NCBI RefSeq assembly: GCF_009834535.1 | Contig: NC_045697.1 | Location: 15,688,001 to 15,752,000 of the forward strand | Direction: 5' to 3' | Source: Camelus ferus | Taxonomy: Eukaryota | DNA length: 64,000 nt | Shown here: piece after piece, positions 27,123-40,464 of the stretch | How positions within the stretch are numbered: the stretch's first letter is position 1 | How the letters are laid out: each line of letters starts with the position of its first letter | Translations under genes and position numbers: made by a program | The notes under the pieces: model-generated | Database searches by the model: none | What the model was told of the DNA's origin: nothing | What the model saw: the letters and a program-made list of their open reading frames with translations, nothing else

Positions 27123-29797
27123 TTTACAATCTGGTAAGAGAGTGAGGACTATCAATTAAATAATTCCAAACAGTATGACAGCTGCAGTAATGTAAGCAAA
27201 CATGAGGTGGGATGCGGTCACAAGAAATGGGGGAGTCAGCCTAGCACTGATTGCCAAGGTGGACTCCAAGTTCCATGGTACCTGAAAGACTTTATCTCTG
27301 AATCCTTAGCACTCAGCACTGTGCTTACAATATTAATAGTGCCTCAATCGACGTGCGTAGGGAAGAAAAGTTGTGCTGAGTATTGGGAAATACGGCTCCA
27401 GAGGAAAAGAAGACCTTGAATTCAAAGATAAAAACCTTATCCTTGACCCACAGGAATTCAGGCCAACTTTCGAGTCTATTCATTAAAATCACCTTGCTCC
27501 TTCTCTCCCTCTGTTGCGCTCACCTGGCAATGAAGCCAACTGGCTAATCCCACCCGTTCTCATCTCTAAACTGAAAGCGGCGGGAGAGAAATCACTGTGC
27601 CAGCCATCTCCCTTTGGATTTGATCACAAGCAAAAATGGACACAACTCCACCCCGGTGACATTCCGCAATCCCCAGGATGGTCACTCACCCGCTCCCCCT
27701 TTTCAGAAGGGCTTCACTCCTCTTTACCTCGCCCTTCACACCACCTACGCACCCCCCCCCCCCCGACTCTGCCTCCAGGTCCTTGAGAAAATAAAAGCCA
27801 TGGGGCAGGAAGGCCATCTTCACCCCACCTGTCTGCCTGTCTGCCCACGCTCCCTCCTGTCACCACGTGGGGATGGAATGTCCCTGCTGTCAAAAGCCAG
27901 CCCCCTCACGGGGCTTCAGCTCCCATCCCATCTTGCCTTCTAGCATCCATTTCTCCCTCCCCCCAACTATCCCCAACCATATTCAGGTGTGACTAATAGT
28001 CTCTTCCCTTCACAGCAAACTTCCTCCTCATCAGGGTGCTGTTACCGCCATCCTCACCCTGTTCCCTGCTCAATCCACCCCAACCTGCCTTCTGTGGCCT
28101 CTGGTCCCTGGAGGGTACCGAAGTGGCAGGCTGTCAGGTCCAGCTTGGTCTTACTGTTCCTGATTCCCAGCATCTCTCAACTGAGGCGCCCACTCCTGTC
28201 TTCAGACCTGAACTTCTCTTGGCTTTATGACGACCAGATACTGCCCAGCTGCTGCCCCCACCTCACCAGAAGCTTCCTCCTTCTCAGGCTCCGCCACTGC
28301 TCCAGGGAGCTTCGGTCTGGCCCCCTCCTCCTCCCATCGGTATACTCTTCCCTCCCTGACCTCGGCCAGACCCATGTTTTAAATACTGTGGACAGACTAG
28401 TGGTTCCAAAAACCCTCTCTCCACTGCAGTAGGGCCAGTCTATCACCACCCATCACTGTAACTCTGGAATGCCCTCTCCCCCGACTCAACCCCATCTTTT
28501 CCTCCCCTCAGGCCATGCTCAAGTCCTAACTTCTTCAGGAAAATTTAAAAATCTTCCAATGCACCCCCAGCCCCACTGCTCTTTTCAGACTTCCTAAAGT
28601 ATTTAAATAATCAGCAGTACAGGATTTATTACTTAGTTACAGAATTCTGTAACTGTTCCCTAGATGTCTGCTTCGCTTTGGTGCAAATCTCTCCAACCAG
28701 GTTTAGGTTTCGGAACCATACAAGCACTTCTTTTTGTGTACTTGGCGCTGAGCTGGTAATATCCAATTATCAGTTCTCTGCTATCAGCAATATTTTATAA
28801 AGTAAAAACCAAAACTCATACATATTTTAGTTTGTTAAATAGTCTGAGAAAAATCTGGACTTTGTCCCAAAGTTACTTAACAAATCAAAAAATCATTTTT
28901 AAAACCCCTTTATCTGGAATCACCATACAGCATCGTGGGGTAAACACTAACATCTGGAAAAGCAGGACTAAACCTGTGAAACTTTCTACCACTGATGTCC
29001 TCAGAATTTTTAAAACTTCATATTGAGCATTTCATGTAAAACACAGGAATAGAGTAAATGTATTTCCAAGGAAAACATTAAATGCAGTTCAATATTTGTG
29101 CATAAAAATAATAAATGGAATTTAATCCTTTAATACAAAAGGCTACATGAGATTCAAGGACCAAGGGTGGTCAAGCTGTGGGTTTCTGCCAGACCTCTCT
29201 AGAAACATGGCTATGGAAATACGTGCTGTTCACTAAAATAGTTGAAGGATCTAAGCTTTAAGCTACATTGAAGTCCAGTTCATCTACTAAGTACAAAGAG
29301 GCTTATTTTTCATTATTAAAGAAAAAGGAAAAAGAAAAAAAAGAAAAGAAAACACGTGGCCACACCTAAAGAATTAAAACTCAAACCACCAGACAGCCTG
29401 ACTGTCCTTGACCTGCCCACATAGCCCTGTCCCCACTCCAGGCACTGGACACATGCCCTTGACTCTCCAGCCACATTAACTACATCGCAAGGCAATCATC
29501 TTCATGCCCATGGGCTTGCTGGGGGCTCCCAGCTTCCATCCCCTGACTTCTTCACCACTTTCTTTACCATTATCTTTCTCATTCTTCTCAAATTGGCTCT
29601 GGACCCTCCTCTGATCCTCGATGCCACCAACTATGCCCCCAAAGAGGCTGTGGTTGCCCTCCTCTGGGTTCCTGTTGCTATTTGTGCCTCTGATACTTGA
29701 GCGTTTACCATACTGTTCTGAGATGTATTCACGAATCCTTCTCCCCAAATACCTGTTAGTTCCTGGAGAAGACAGACCATGTTTTTAACCTATATTC

Positions 29798-30222
29798 TGT
29801 AGTGAAAACTGAGTGTCTCCCCAAACTGTATGTCCAAGTTCTAAACCCTAGTATCTCTGAAACTGACCTTGTTTGGAAAGAGTGTCTTTGCAGATGTAAC
29901 TAAATTACAAATCTTTAGATGAGATCATCCTGGACTTCGGGTGGATCCTAAACTCAATGACTGGTGTCCTCTACAAGAAAGGAGAGTATTTGAAACACAT
30001 ACAGGGAAGGCCATGTGAAGACAGAGGCGGAGACTGGAGATGGGCTGCCACAAGCCAAGAATGTCAGAAGCAGAAAAAAGGAAGGATTCTGCCTTTACAG
30101 GGAGCGTGGCCCTGCTGAAACCCTTGATTTCAGACTTCTTGCCTCCAGAATTGTGAGAGAAATCTGTTGCTTGAAGCCATCAGATTCGTGGTCATTTGCC
30201 ACAGTCCTAGGAAACTAATACC
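29798..30222 (+). mobile_element. MaLR LTR (MLT1C-like)
   Basis: gtctttgcagatgtaa...gatgagatcatcctgga...ggccatgtgaagacagaggc...gcctccagaattgtgagagaa...cctaggaaactaatac. Confidence 0.88.
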
Positions 30223-32226
30223 CAGTCCAAACCTCAGCGTGCTGCCTACGACCTCGGAACCACTCAACAAAAACTGGGTTGAACTAAGACGGAAGATGAA
30301 AGCAAGGGTTCAGGATGAGAAAGCATCTGAATCACAGGGCAGGAATCTGAGACATGGGCCCTCCTCATGCCTTCACTATGGGAACTTGGGCAAATCTCTT
30401 ATCCATCATGACCCTCTGCAAAATGAGGAAACTGGCCCAGAACACCCTCCAGCAGGACTGATATCCTTCAACTCACTTCATCTAGAACATTAGCTTTACT
30501 TGATCCTTAAATTATAATTTCTTCTCCTTCACTAAATAAATTTCATCAATTTTACTTTTATCTAAAGAGCTTTTAGGTGCAAAAAAAACTGGATTAAAAT
30601 GACATTTCAAAGGCACTTAAAATTTAAATAGCTCTTGAAAATTCAGAGATAGTTTGATAATATGCTGAAAAGTAATTTTCTACAATATCAACTCTTCCCT
30701 CTCCATAAAATCAACAATTTACAAATAGTTGGTTTAATCCAGCTAGAACTGTTGACAATTCAGAAAAACTCGACCTAAACTTGAATCAGCTGAACCGCCA
30801 CTGGTCCAGAACCCAAATGTATGATGACTAATTTCTTCAGAGTTACAAGGGATATTGCCAACACAAAGGTTGTCTCCACTTGACTCCAGGCTGTAATTAA
30901 GGTCCCATACCCAAAATTTCCACTTCAAAGAACCTGGCTAAGAAATAAATACAGCTGCTGCCACTACCAAATGGTCAAGTGCTGGTAAAGGAGTCAAAGG
31001 AAACAAAAACTCTTTTACCATTTTCAGGCCTCCATAAACAGAAACACATAATTTTCCTGTGTCAAACCTTTCCTAATTCAAACAAATGGAAATAAAGAAC
31101 AAAGGTGTTAGTAATTAAATGTATACTTATTTACCATTAAGTCCTGCTTAATTAGGGTTAAATTAAAAACCATATTTTAAGTTTTTTCACGGGTCATGCT
31201 GCCCCCCTGACTTTCATGTTTTCATAGCGGCAGCCTTGATTCTTTTTTAGGAAACCAACCAAAACATCACAGAGGAACACGGCGCCGAGGGGCTCATATT
31301 TCAGATCGACAAAATATCCACTAGAAACACTCTCAAACTTTTCCAAACCAATTCATCTTTCAGAGAATAAAATCAAGAGTCACTGGGGCCAAAGATTTAG
31401 CTACAGTTGGCAGAACCACGCTTGCAAAACTGGACGGTGAATCGTAGCAGAGTTAGAAGACCAAAAACTTTTTCTTCCAGGTGGAAACTCAATCCGCAAA
31501 TTAAGTCCCTTGAGTTGGACGGCTCAACAAACTCCCAGTTTCCAATTCCGAGGTTCCCGAGTTTTAAAGACGAGCGCTCACACACAAGAACACAGGGCTA
31601 GGAGGTGCACGACTTCGTCTCAAATGTATTTCTGCCCCTTAAAAATAACTCGATTTTAAAAGGTGCTCTATAACTGTCATACAACTAAGAGTGCAAAAGC
31701 AAAGGAAACAGCCTTGGGGAATCGGGGATCCCACACAGGGCCGTTCAAGGTCCTCGTGTAGTATTCTGCAAACTAGCGCCTAAGTAACTTAACGTGCACG
31801 AAGCTGAAGCACCGGTGCTTCTAGCAGAGCACTGTTTCTGGACGCCCAAGCACGGGATGAATGAGCTTTAACTCCGCCGAGAGCATGTTTACTTGCATCC
31901 TCACGTGGCACCGCGCTGCGACCGCAACGCTGCGCCGGGACCGCACCAGGAAACCCTAAAACTTTTACTTTGCAAACTGGTGGAGCTGGGAGGGGGCTCG
32001 AGGGCACACTCGCTGGCCCGCCCCAGAAGTGCGCCCAGGCCGAGCCCACCGGGTCTTCCCCCACCACCATCCCCCGCCTGCAGCTTCCTTCCCACAAAGG
32101 CGCGGGGATGCCGGCGGGACCCTCTTCCAAGCGGCGCACAGGGAGAAGCGGCGCGACGGGAAAGCGCCAGGAGGGAGGAAGGGGGACCGGGCGCGAGGGC
32201 AGAGTGGCGCCCCGCGTGCTACTCAC

Positions 32227-32477
32227 AGGGTGACCGTGCGGTTGGGCAGCGTGTCCGGGGGCAGGACCTGCGCGAGCTCCAAGCTGCTGCACACCACCTT
32301 GCCCTCGGCGGTGCCCGCCGCCCTGCCGGCCCCTCGGGGCCGCCCGTCGTGCTTGCAGCCCGGGGGCAGCGCCGCGGCCCCGCCGCCTCCTCCCAGCAGC
32401 GCGAGCAGCGCCAGCAGCGCCAGCGGCAGCAGCAGAGGCGGCGGCGCGCGGCCCCGCGGGCGCCCGGGCGGCTCCAT
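32227..32477 (-). CDS. ADGRA3: Adhesion GPCR A3 (GPR125), coding exon 1: signal peptide and LRR N-terminal cap
   Basis: Minus strand from ATG at 32477 (context CGCAGC-ATG-G) reads MEPPGRPRGRAPPPLLLPLALLALLALLGGGGGAAALPPGCKHDGRPRGAGRAAGTAEGKVVCSSLELAQVLPPDTLPNRTVT(L), which matches the ADGRA3 N-terminus. It ends at a canonical donor CT|GTGAGT (plus-strand actcac 32221-32226). 251 nt, phase 2. Confidence 0.97.
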
Positions 32478-32518
32478 GCTGCGGGCCGGGGCCTGCGGGC
32501 CGAGGGCGGAGCGCTGGC

Positions 32519-32623
32519 CTAGCGGGCCGCCCCGGCGCCCGGGCGGACGGGAGCGCGGTGCGGGCCCGGCGGCGCCCGGAGCCTCATGGCGGCCAGAGGA
32601 CGCGCCCTCTTCGGCGCCGACAT
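32519..32623 (-). other. Upstream ORF (34 aa) in the presumed ADGRA3 5' leader
   Basis: ATG at 32623 and in-frame ATG at 32587, TAG at 32521-32519. Peptide MSAPKRARPLAAMRLRAPPGPHRAPVRPGAGAAR, out of frame with the main ATG. Translation is not demonstrated. Confidence 0.6.
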
Positions 32624-32828
32624 GCTCCTTTGTCCGCTGTGGCTGCGCTCGGCCACCAGGGAGTCGCGGGGTCACGGCCGCGCAGGTCCCAGCGCCGGTC
32701 TACGGACAGGCGGGAGCACCGCCTCCTCCTCCTCCGTCGCCGCCGCCGCCGCCTCCCCCGGCCACTGCCCGCGGCGGTTCCTCCCAGCCCGCCGCTGCCG
32801 CCCGCCCCCGCCCCTTCCCTTCCCTTCC

Positions 32829-32857
32829 CCTCCTCCTCCTCCTCCTCCTCCTCCTCC
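32829..32857. repeat. (CCT)n trinucleotide repeat in the promoter CpG island
   Basis: About 9 CCT units within a longer pyrimidine tract beginning near 32805. Confidence 0.9.
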
Positions 32858-33546
32858 ACTTCGGCGTCTCCTCTCCCCTCGCTGCCCGTGGCTCCGGGAA
32901 AGAGGCGCGCGCTCCCGGCCCTGCGCCGCCCGCCAGCCCAGGGGCCCGACCCCCGACCCCTTGCGCGCCCCGCCTCCGGGCAGGAGTTGTGGGGACCGCG
33001 GGGGTACGGTAACTCGTGCGGAGGGCGGAAGAAAGTTCTAGTCCAAACTCCAGCCACGGTGGCCACTATCCCGCACGCCAACCGCCCTCCAGACAAAGCC
33101 GTACTATGCGCCCCTGAGAGCCGCCCTAAGAGCCCTGGCCCCGGGCTTGGAGTGCGGGAGAAGAGCAGGGCTGAATTTCCTCGGAGAAAGGAAAGGAGAG
33201 GCAGAATGCCCCGGACCAGCTACCTTGAGAGGACGCGCCCTCTTTCCCACCTCTCTCCCCGGCAGGGTTATCGCGCCTCCTCTTGGCACACCGTTCTCTG
33301 ATTTGTCCCTAATACAGCAGAACTAGGGACAGGTTCCTCTCCAGGAGAGAGGACTCTCCATAGCTGTTTCTGGCCTTCAGCGACTCCAGCTATGATCTCT
33401 GCAAAAGATGCACGGGGCTTGGATGGACCGGCAGGCTTTGGAGAAAGAAATTTCCCTCTGGGGTCCAAAGATACCCCAGATGTAACCAGTTAGAGCAATC
33501 GTGAGCAAACCAGCCAAGAAACCCCAGGTGAATGTATTATTCTATG

Positions 33547-34185
33547 TAAGGCTGCCAGCCCCAACATAACATTTGCAAGACCAGGGCTCACATACCCAAT
33601 GTTTAAATATTTACAAGGAATATATCAAACTTGCAAATAAAATATATTCTATGCTCCCACCTTGAGAAATAGAACACCAGGTTTGTGGACAGAGCTCTCC
33701 GATACCTTGGAGTTCCACCCCATACATGGCAGGGAGGGAAGAGGCAGACCCCAGCCCTTGGTGTCCACACTTTCATCACTTTTGCTTCTAGTGCCAGCTC
33801 CATTCATGAACAAGGGGGGTTTCCTGCTCATGTGTGGACACCCCAGCCCCTTGGTTGGACACACTCAACCAAGCTCCGTGCACACCCTGAAACAGCCACG
33901 CCTTGGCAGCCCCTCAGTCTTAGGAGTGTACACACGGGTGGTTTGGTCCTCCCTTGGGAGGACAGCTCTGGGAAGAGGCCTGCTCAGGCCCTGGAATTAG
34001 CCTTGGGAATTTTCAATCAGCGAATTCCAGGGTCCTGGGCTCCTTAGCCAAGGTCTAGAAGTACAAAGGGGATGCAAGCTCTTGGGGACACATCCCTTGG
34101 CCCTTGGGGAGGAGAGCTAGGATGGTGCCCTCTAAAATGCAGAGCCAGGACAGGGTTTTTCTTGCCTAAGTCTAAGGTCATTACT
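33547..34185 (+). mobile_element. hAT-Tip100 non-autonomous DNA transposon (MER115/Zaphod-like)
   Basis: cacatacc...tttaaatattta...aaataaaatatattctatgctcccaccttga...tgtgtggacaccccagccc...gaagaggcctgctcaggccctggaa...gtctaagg resembles a recalled consensus. Confidence 0.55.
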
Positions 34186-34369
34186 GCCTAGGGCCCCTAC
34201 AGAGTCTATCTTAGGGACCAATTCCTAGGATCCTCTTTATATGACTAGAACTGTCTCAGTAGTAAATAAATTTCCTCTCCTTAACATACACTATTGCGTT
34301 AAATTGAGTAGCACTTCATATGACCAACATTTTTTGAAATTGAACTATGTGAATCCAGCCATGTGCATA

Positions 34370-34560
34370 GTACATTCTGTGATAGAAATGTTCTGGATCT
34401 GCGCTATCCAGTATGGTGGCCACAGAGGGCTCTTTGACACTTGACATGTAGCTAGTGTGAGGTTAGAAGATACTTTCTCATTTTATTTAATTTTAATTAA
34501 TTTAAATTCAAACTTAGTCCAAGGTGCCTAGTGGCTACCCCACTGAACAGTGCAGTTCTT
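34370..34560. mobile_element. hAT-Charlie MITE (MER3-like)
   Basis: ttctgtgatagaaatgttct...ggtggccac...gctagtgtga...ttttatttaattttaattaatttaaatt...ctagtggctacc...aacagtgcag. Confidence 0.75.
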
Positions 34561-36042
34561 GACACTGATGGATAGAAAAAGTAGGAGATGAATTATCATC
34601 ACCATTAAATAGCTTTATAAATGAGCTTAAGTGGATGAAACTGATCATATTTCTCTTGAATTTCTTTAAAGAATTCTTATTCCCTAACAAAATCATCATC
34701 ATCATCATGATGTTTTCTTTATAAAGATAAAAACTTCTTACTAGAGCAAAATAGTTTATTAGCCATATGACTATTTTCATAGCTACAAACTGTAATGTGA
34801 ACTCAGAATCTGAATATTTTCACATACCTTGTTTCAGCCTATAGTTGAAATGAATATGCATGTCTACTTTGAAATTTGTTTACCACAAGTACTAACATCA
34901 GCTTGATTACGTAACCTCTTTTTACTTCACTGTAGTTGAGAACATTTTATGAAGTACACAATCATCAAAGAGACAAGTAGTACAATGAATCCAAGAATAA
35001 ATATGGAGGAAGTGTTTTATTACATGGATAATTTCAGCCATTCTTGCACAGAAATCACTCATTCTATCTTTGAAAATAAGAATCATTACAGATCACAAAA
35101 TAGTAATATGGTATATTAAGGTGGAAAGGGCTTGGGAAAGTGTATCTTTCAACCCTGTAGTCCTTGGCATGCAGACAACCTTGAGTTATCATCATTCCGT
35201 ACCGGCATGGGCTCATAAGGACACAGCAAGTGGTCCTTTCCCCACTTAACAAAGATCTCTGAGGATGATACTGTCTGAAACTTAACATCGTTTACCTTCA
35301 GTCACACCAAAAGCTTCACTTTAATTAAGCTACCCCAGCCTGACAGCCTCTTGTCAGACAGGTCTATCCACTGCTGATCCCCCCTCAGGCATCAAGAACA
35401 TCATTTGAAGTTATAGGTCTTAATAAGTCCTTTCCAAGTTCTGTGTTTGTGAGTATCACACTTTAGAACATCCTATAGGAACTGTTTGAGAAACCACTCA
35501 TTAACCATATTCCTGTACACATAGTCCTGTAAAGCTGTATTGCATCAACTGTTGCTTTAAGGATGGTAGATGGACCACATTCCAAGGCTTCTATTCTGCG
35601 AATTCTGTCTTGCTGTTATGTAAGGCTTGTAGGAGACACCAGAGGAACACTCAAAGATGCTTTGTTTTTCCTCCTCATATAGACACTGTATTAAATATGT
35701 TTAAGCTTAAATATATATGTAATAAACATGTGGATGTATATACATATATACCATCCTATTTATTAAGTTTATTTTCCATGCCTGTCTTCTTCCCTCTCTA
35801 CCAGACTATGAGCTCCTAATTTCCCCTAATTTAATCTTAAATTACTCCCTTCCACCTTCAGTCACTCCCTATTATATTACTCTAGAATCTAGAACCGTCA
35901 TCTAGACTGACTGACATAACATGTCTTGTCCAAACCTGAAAATGGCTACCATTTTTAAATTTGTTTATAGTTTCATGTTGTTAGCCTCCCCCATTACAGT
36001 AACAGTTGTATGACACTTTAAGCAGTTTTTTGGGGTTTTTTT

Positions 36043-36510
36043 TGGCAGACACTTAGTTGCTGCCAGAGAGCCATCCCCCAATTTTTTCTCCCTTAGAAGC
36101 CAGCATCTCTGGCAACTGCCAGTGGTCACAATCTGGTTCTAGCCAAAAACAATCAAAGGCTGCTGTCCAATATGGTGGACGTTAGAAGCTTTGGGATAGA
36201 AATTTTTTGTGTGTGATAAAAGGAGACTTAAAAGATTTCTCTCACCACCCTCATCCTTCTTGCTTTGGAAATGGTATTGTGAGGACATGATACCTGGGGC
36301 TGAAGCAGGTATTTGGAGACATCAAGGCAAAAAGCCTAAAGGGAAATTCCAAAATAAAAGGAGGAAATGGAAAGACAAAAACCATTTGTGTCCCTGAGGT
36401 CATACTTGAACTGCCAATCAAGCCTCTGGACTTATTTTTATTGACTATGAATATTCTCTGGTTTAAGCCACTGTCATTATGGTTTTCTAGTGCCCACAGC
36501 AGTGTCTGAC
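36043..36510 (+). mobile_element. Old MaLR LTR (MLT1H-J-like)
   Basis: tggcagacac...gaggacatgatacctggggctgaagcag...gtttaagccactgt...ggttttct. Confidence 0.55.
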
Positions 36511-39500
36511 CCAGAGAAGAAAGTCCAAAGTACTTGCTGATTCTCATAGTTTAAATCTTACTCATTTTTATGTTCCAAACATCCAGTATAGTTCTTCATA
36601 TGTATTAGCTGCTGAGTATTGAGAAGAGTGACTAATGTTCAGTCTTCTAGAATCAAGTGGAAATGTATAATGTCATGATTAAACTGACAACAGGAAAGAA
36701 CAGCAATTTTTAGCACTTGAAATGTCTCAGTGACACCTCTATAAACCCGGTTAATAAACAGACATTCTCTGTTTATTTTTGCATCATTTAATGTTAATCT
36801 ATTAATTGTGACAGCTGTAGTTTATATTTTTAGTCATTACACAGCATGTGCTAGAATGCATGCTTGGTCATTACCTAGGACCCAGATAGAAACAGCAATA
36901 GTATCTCAAATAACCCCCTAGCCTTTTTAGACAGCATTGGCTCCTGTTCTGGTTTACTACTTACTAGAAATAGTGGCCTTCGGCAAGTCATTAAATCTCA
37001 TCTTTCTAAATGAGACTCTGAACTGGAACCAGCTTTAAAGTGCTATGATTTTACACTCCTGAACCATGAATCCTTCTTTTGTTTGTCTGCTGCAGCCAGA
37101 CTATTATTGGAATGTATCCTTGTGACAGTTAAATACCCTTTTTAGATGACCAAATATCTTTCTGAAATGGTATATTCTCTACCCACTGCAGTGTAATTAC
37201 CATCAGTTGTAAATATGAAGAAGAAATATGAGGCAAAAACTGGCCAGCAGTGCCACGTGGGGAATTACTCTGATGTAACAGTAGTCTCCAAGTACATGAC
37301 CCAGCAGGTGAGCACAGAGGTGTTGGAACAGGAAGGTTCACAGTGCAAATTAAGATGCTCAAACCACAGTTCATTACATCCATTTAAAACACACAGGGAA
37401 GAGTGAGAAGCAGGGAAAGAACTGGGGTAGGTGAACCCACCAGGGATAGGATGCAAACAGATGTAAGATCTACCACTGGAACATACACAATATTCATGTG
37501 CACTGAGTTAGTCCATCTGTCTGTCTCTCTTCCAACTCAGACACATCAACATTCCCCAGTGTTGGGGTTTACAGAGAACAGAATTGAAATTTAACCAAGG
37601 CGATGTAAGACATCTGGGACTGACATCCCACTTGTGCTGTCAGAGACATACAGGGCACTTGTGCGTGGCCACAACTATATCTTGGCTGTGGACTTTATTT
37701 GTGCTTCTTGGACAGAAGGCACATGGGACCAGATTTGATGTCACCAATGGATAGCTGTTTTTCAACCCAATGTATAGAGTGCCTCATAAGCCTTATGCAT
37801 ATTTCATGAATCATAAATATTTATTTTTCCATCCTTTTCTAAATAAGTGATTTTTCTCTTTTGTCTCATATTTTTATCTGTTCACCAAACACATATTCTA
37901 CCTTCTTTTTCTACGTCTACCATGTCACTCTGGCCATTGGCTTCTCTACTTAGTGTCCTTTTTTCCTTCCTTTTTTCTATTATTTTTATAGCAGAATTAA
38001 ATATTTTAAAATAACGCAGACAACATAGTACATAACAGAGGAAACAACAGACTTTGGGGAAATTTAGAAATATAGTCCACACCGGAGATGTAGATAGCTT
38101 CCCCAAATAGCACATTTCCTGAGTATTTATCTCCCAAATATAATATATATAAAACCTATCTTGTATCACTATCTACATTATTAAAATGTTACTCCTATGG
38201 GCTAATGTAATGATTAAAATCTATCAACCAACTAGTAATTATTAATGATAGGCACAGTGGCAGATATGCCAATCATGAAGTTTCCATCTAAATTTTTTTT
38301 TTAAAGCAGTAGCTTTCTTCCTCCTTAGTGTCAGTTAACATATTAAAACCCATTTGTTGAGCTGAACAGAATGGGAAGGTACATTTGAGATTATGCATTT
38401 CTTAAGAAAGAAACTACTACTTTGAATCAACCTCTGAATCTGTATGTTAATAACACATTGAGTATCTTGTTTTTTGGAATTTTGTGATATATTTTAAAAC
38501 ACATTCCTATATCACTTGGAAGCCTCAAACATAATGAAGTCAAATAATTTGGTTATATAAACTTAGTCAAACTTTGAAATTTTAATTTAGATATATTGAT
38601 TATTTTATTCATTATATTATATGTATTTCAAGTAATAGGGCTATTTTAGTTTATATGTTAATAAACCAAAAGTCATGTATATTTTTATATAACTTTATAG
38701 AATGCTAAAATACACAGGAAAGTGCTAAAGTATAGAGGATAAGGCATTGGGTTTTTTTTTAAGTAGAGAGATTTGGATTAATATATTAATTCTACCTTAG
38801 GCAACTTACTCAACTTCTTGGTGCCTAGGTTTCTTCACTTGTTAGATGGTTTAATTTAAATTTAATTTAAAATTTAATTTAAATTATTACGATCACATTG
38901 AAAGTTCCTAGCACATGACCTGAGCATAATAGGTGCCTACCGAAGGTTATTTGAACGTGAATCTAGCCCCTTGCCTCATACTCCAGATGAAGAAGATGAA
39001 ATCTAAAGGGCAGTTGAATGGAATCTATCTATGGTCACATCCTTGGTTCATGTGAAAGCCTGAACCAGAGAGCTGGGAAAACATTGTGGGGTAATTGGTT
39101 TCCCTTATAACCCTGTAATCAGCCTTTCTTATAAACCTGGTTATGAGTTATGATTTAAACCAATCACTTTCTGAGTATGTTTCCTCACCTGCAGAACTGA
39201 GGGACTAATAATCCACCCCCGCCACACACACACATTCTAGTTTTATTGGAAAGGTCAGGAAGTCATGTGTGGAAGAAGTCACTGGGAAAAACGTTCTAGG
39301 TCCATGATAACGTATCATTATAAACATTATAAGCTACAGAGCATTTCATCTTTATTAACACTATATTACAATTATATATATATATATATATCTCAGCTCC
39401 TTTCATCTCTACATCTCTAAATTCCTCTGAAATAGGTGGCATGAACATTCTTAGACACTGCTTCTTCTGGGAGGACACGATGGAGAATTGAGGCACTCAC

Positions 39501-40464
39501 AGAAAATTCAGGAGAATGCAAGCTGATGTTCTCCATCCTGCCTGACTTTCAGAGTTCTGTTTGGCTAGGTAATTACCTCAATCAACCCCACTCCTTTGCA
39601 AGTGAACAACCATCACCATGCAGATTAATATACACACATTCTAAGTTCAGTTCAGTATAACCCAGATGCTTCTCTAGGTACATCCATGAAGGGAAAGCTT
39701 TTCTCTTGTTTATTATTGTATCTCAGCACCCTGAACAGTGCCTGGCAGGCAATTGGCACTCCATAAATATTTGTTGACTGACGAATGAATGAATGATGAA
39801 AAGAATGGATATTTCTCCATTCATTAATTTGTCTTTTCATGACTGCCAGATAACAGTAACTTACTTGCTATATACGGTAACTCAAGCAAAACTTACCTTT
39901 ATGAACTCAACTTACAGCTCAATTGACTGTGCATTGAAATTTCTCACATTTTCATTTACCCCTTTAGATTATTTGAATATTTGATGCTATCATTGCTAGA
40001 TTATAACTGATAAAACCCCAACAGTCTGACTCCAAAGTCTCTCCCCGTCAGGAAACTTACTCATCTATTTGAGGCCTATTTGGCTCTAAAAGCTCTGTAT
40101 ATTAAATTCTAAACACACTTAATTAGCTTCTCTGATCTTCATTATATAAAACTTGGTCCCTTCTGATGGGAATATATATAATTAAAAAAAAAAAACCTCT
40201 CTGGCAACTAATAGTGCAAGATATAGATAGTCTTAGGAAGACAGTGAGATTCTACCTGGTGCTGTGTCTCACTTTGAGCCTCTCAGGGGTTACTTGTCAC
40301 TCAGTTGGCTAAGAATATTTTCTGCTTTTATTTCTTTTTTTGTGTGTATTCACCCCCCTTCCTGTCCTCCTTGCAGTCGAACTCTGAAAGGTTCAGGAAG
40401 TGAAGAGTCCAGCATTCATAGATCCTGCCCCGTAACACCATGAAATTCTATCAAAGCCATTCCT

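Larger units (their letters stand above)
31780..33300. promoter_or_regulatory. ADGRA3: CpG island / ADGRA3 promoter and 5' leader
   Basis: Abrupt very GC- and CpG-rich stretch spanning exon 1, with GC boxes (ccgccc), (GCC)n and (CCT)n tracts, flanked by AT-rich DNA. Boundaries approximate. Confidence 0.9.

Noticed and set aside
31789..33301. Long overlapping ORFs (150-327 aa) on both strands in the CpG island
   Set aside because: Pro/Arg/Gly/Ala low-complexity products expected from stop-poor GC-rich DNA. Only the ADGRA3 frame has a recognisable protein and splice donor.
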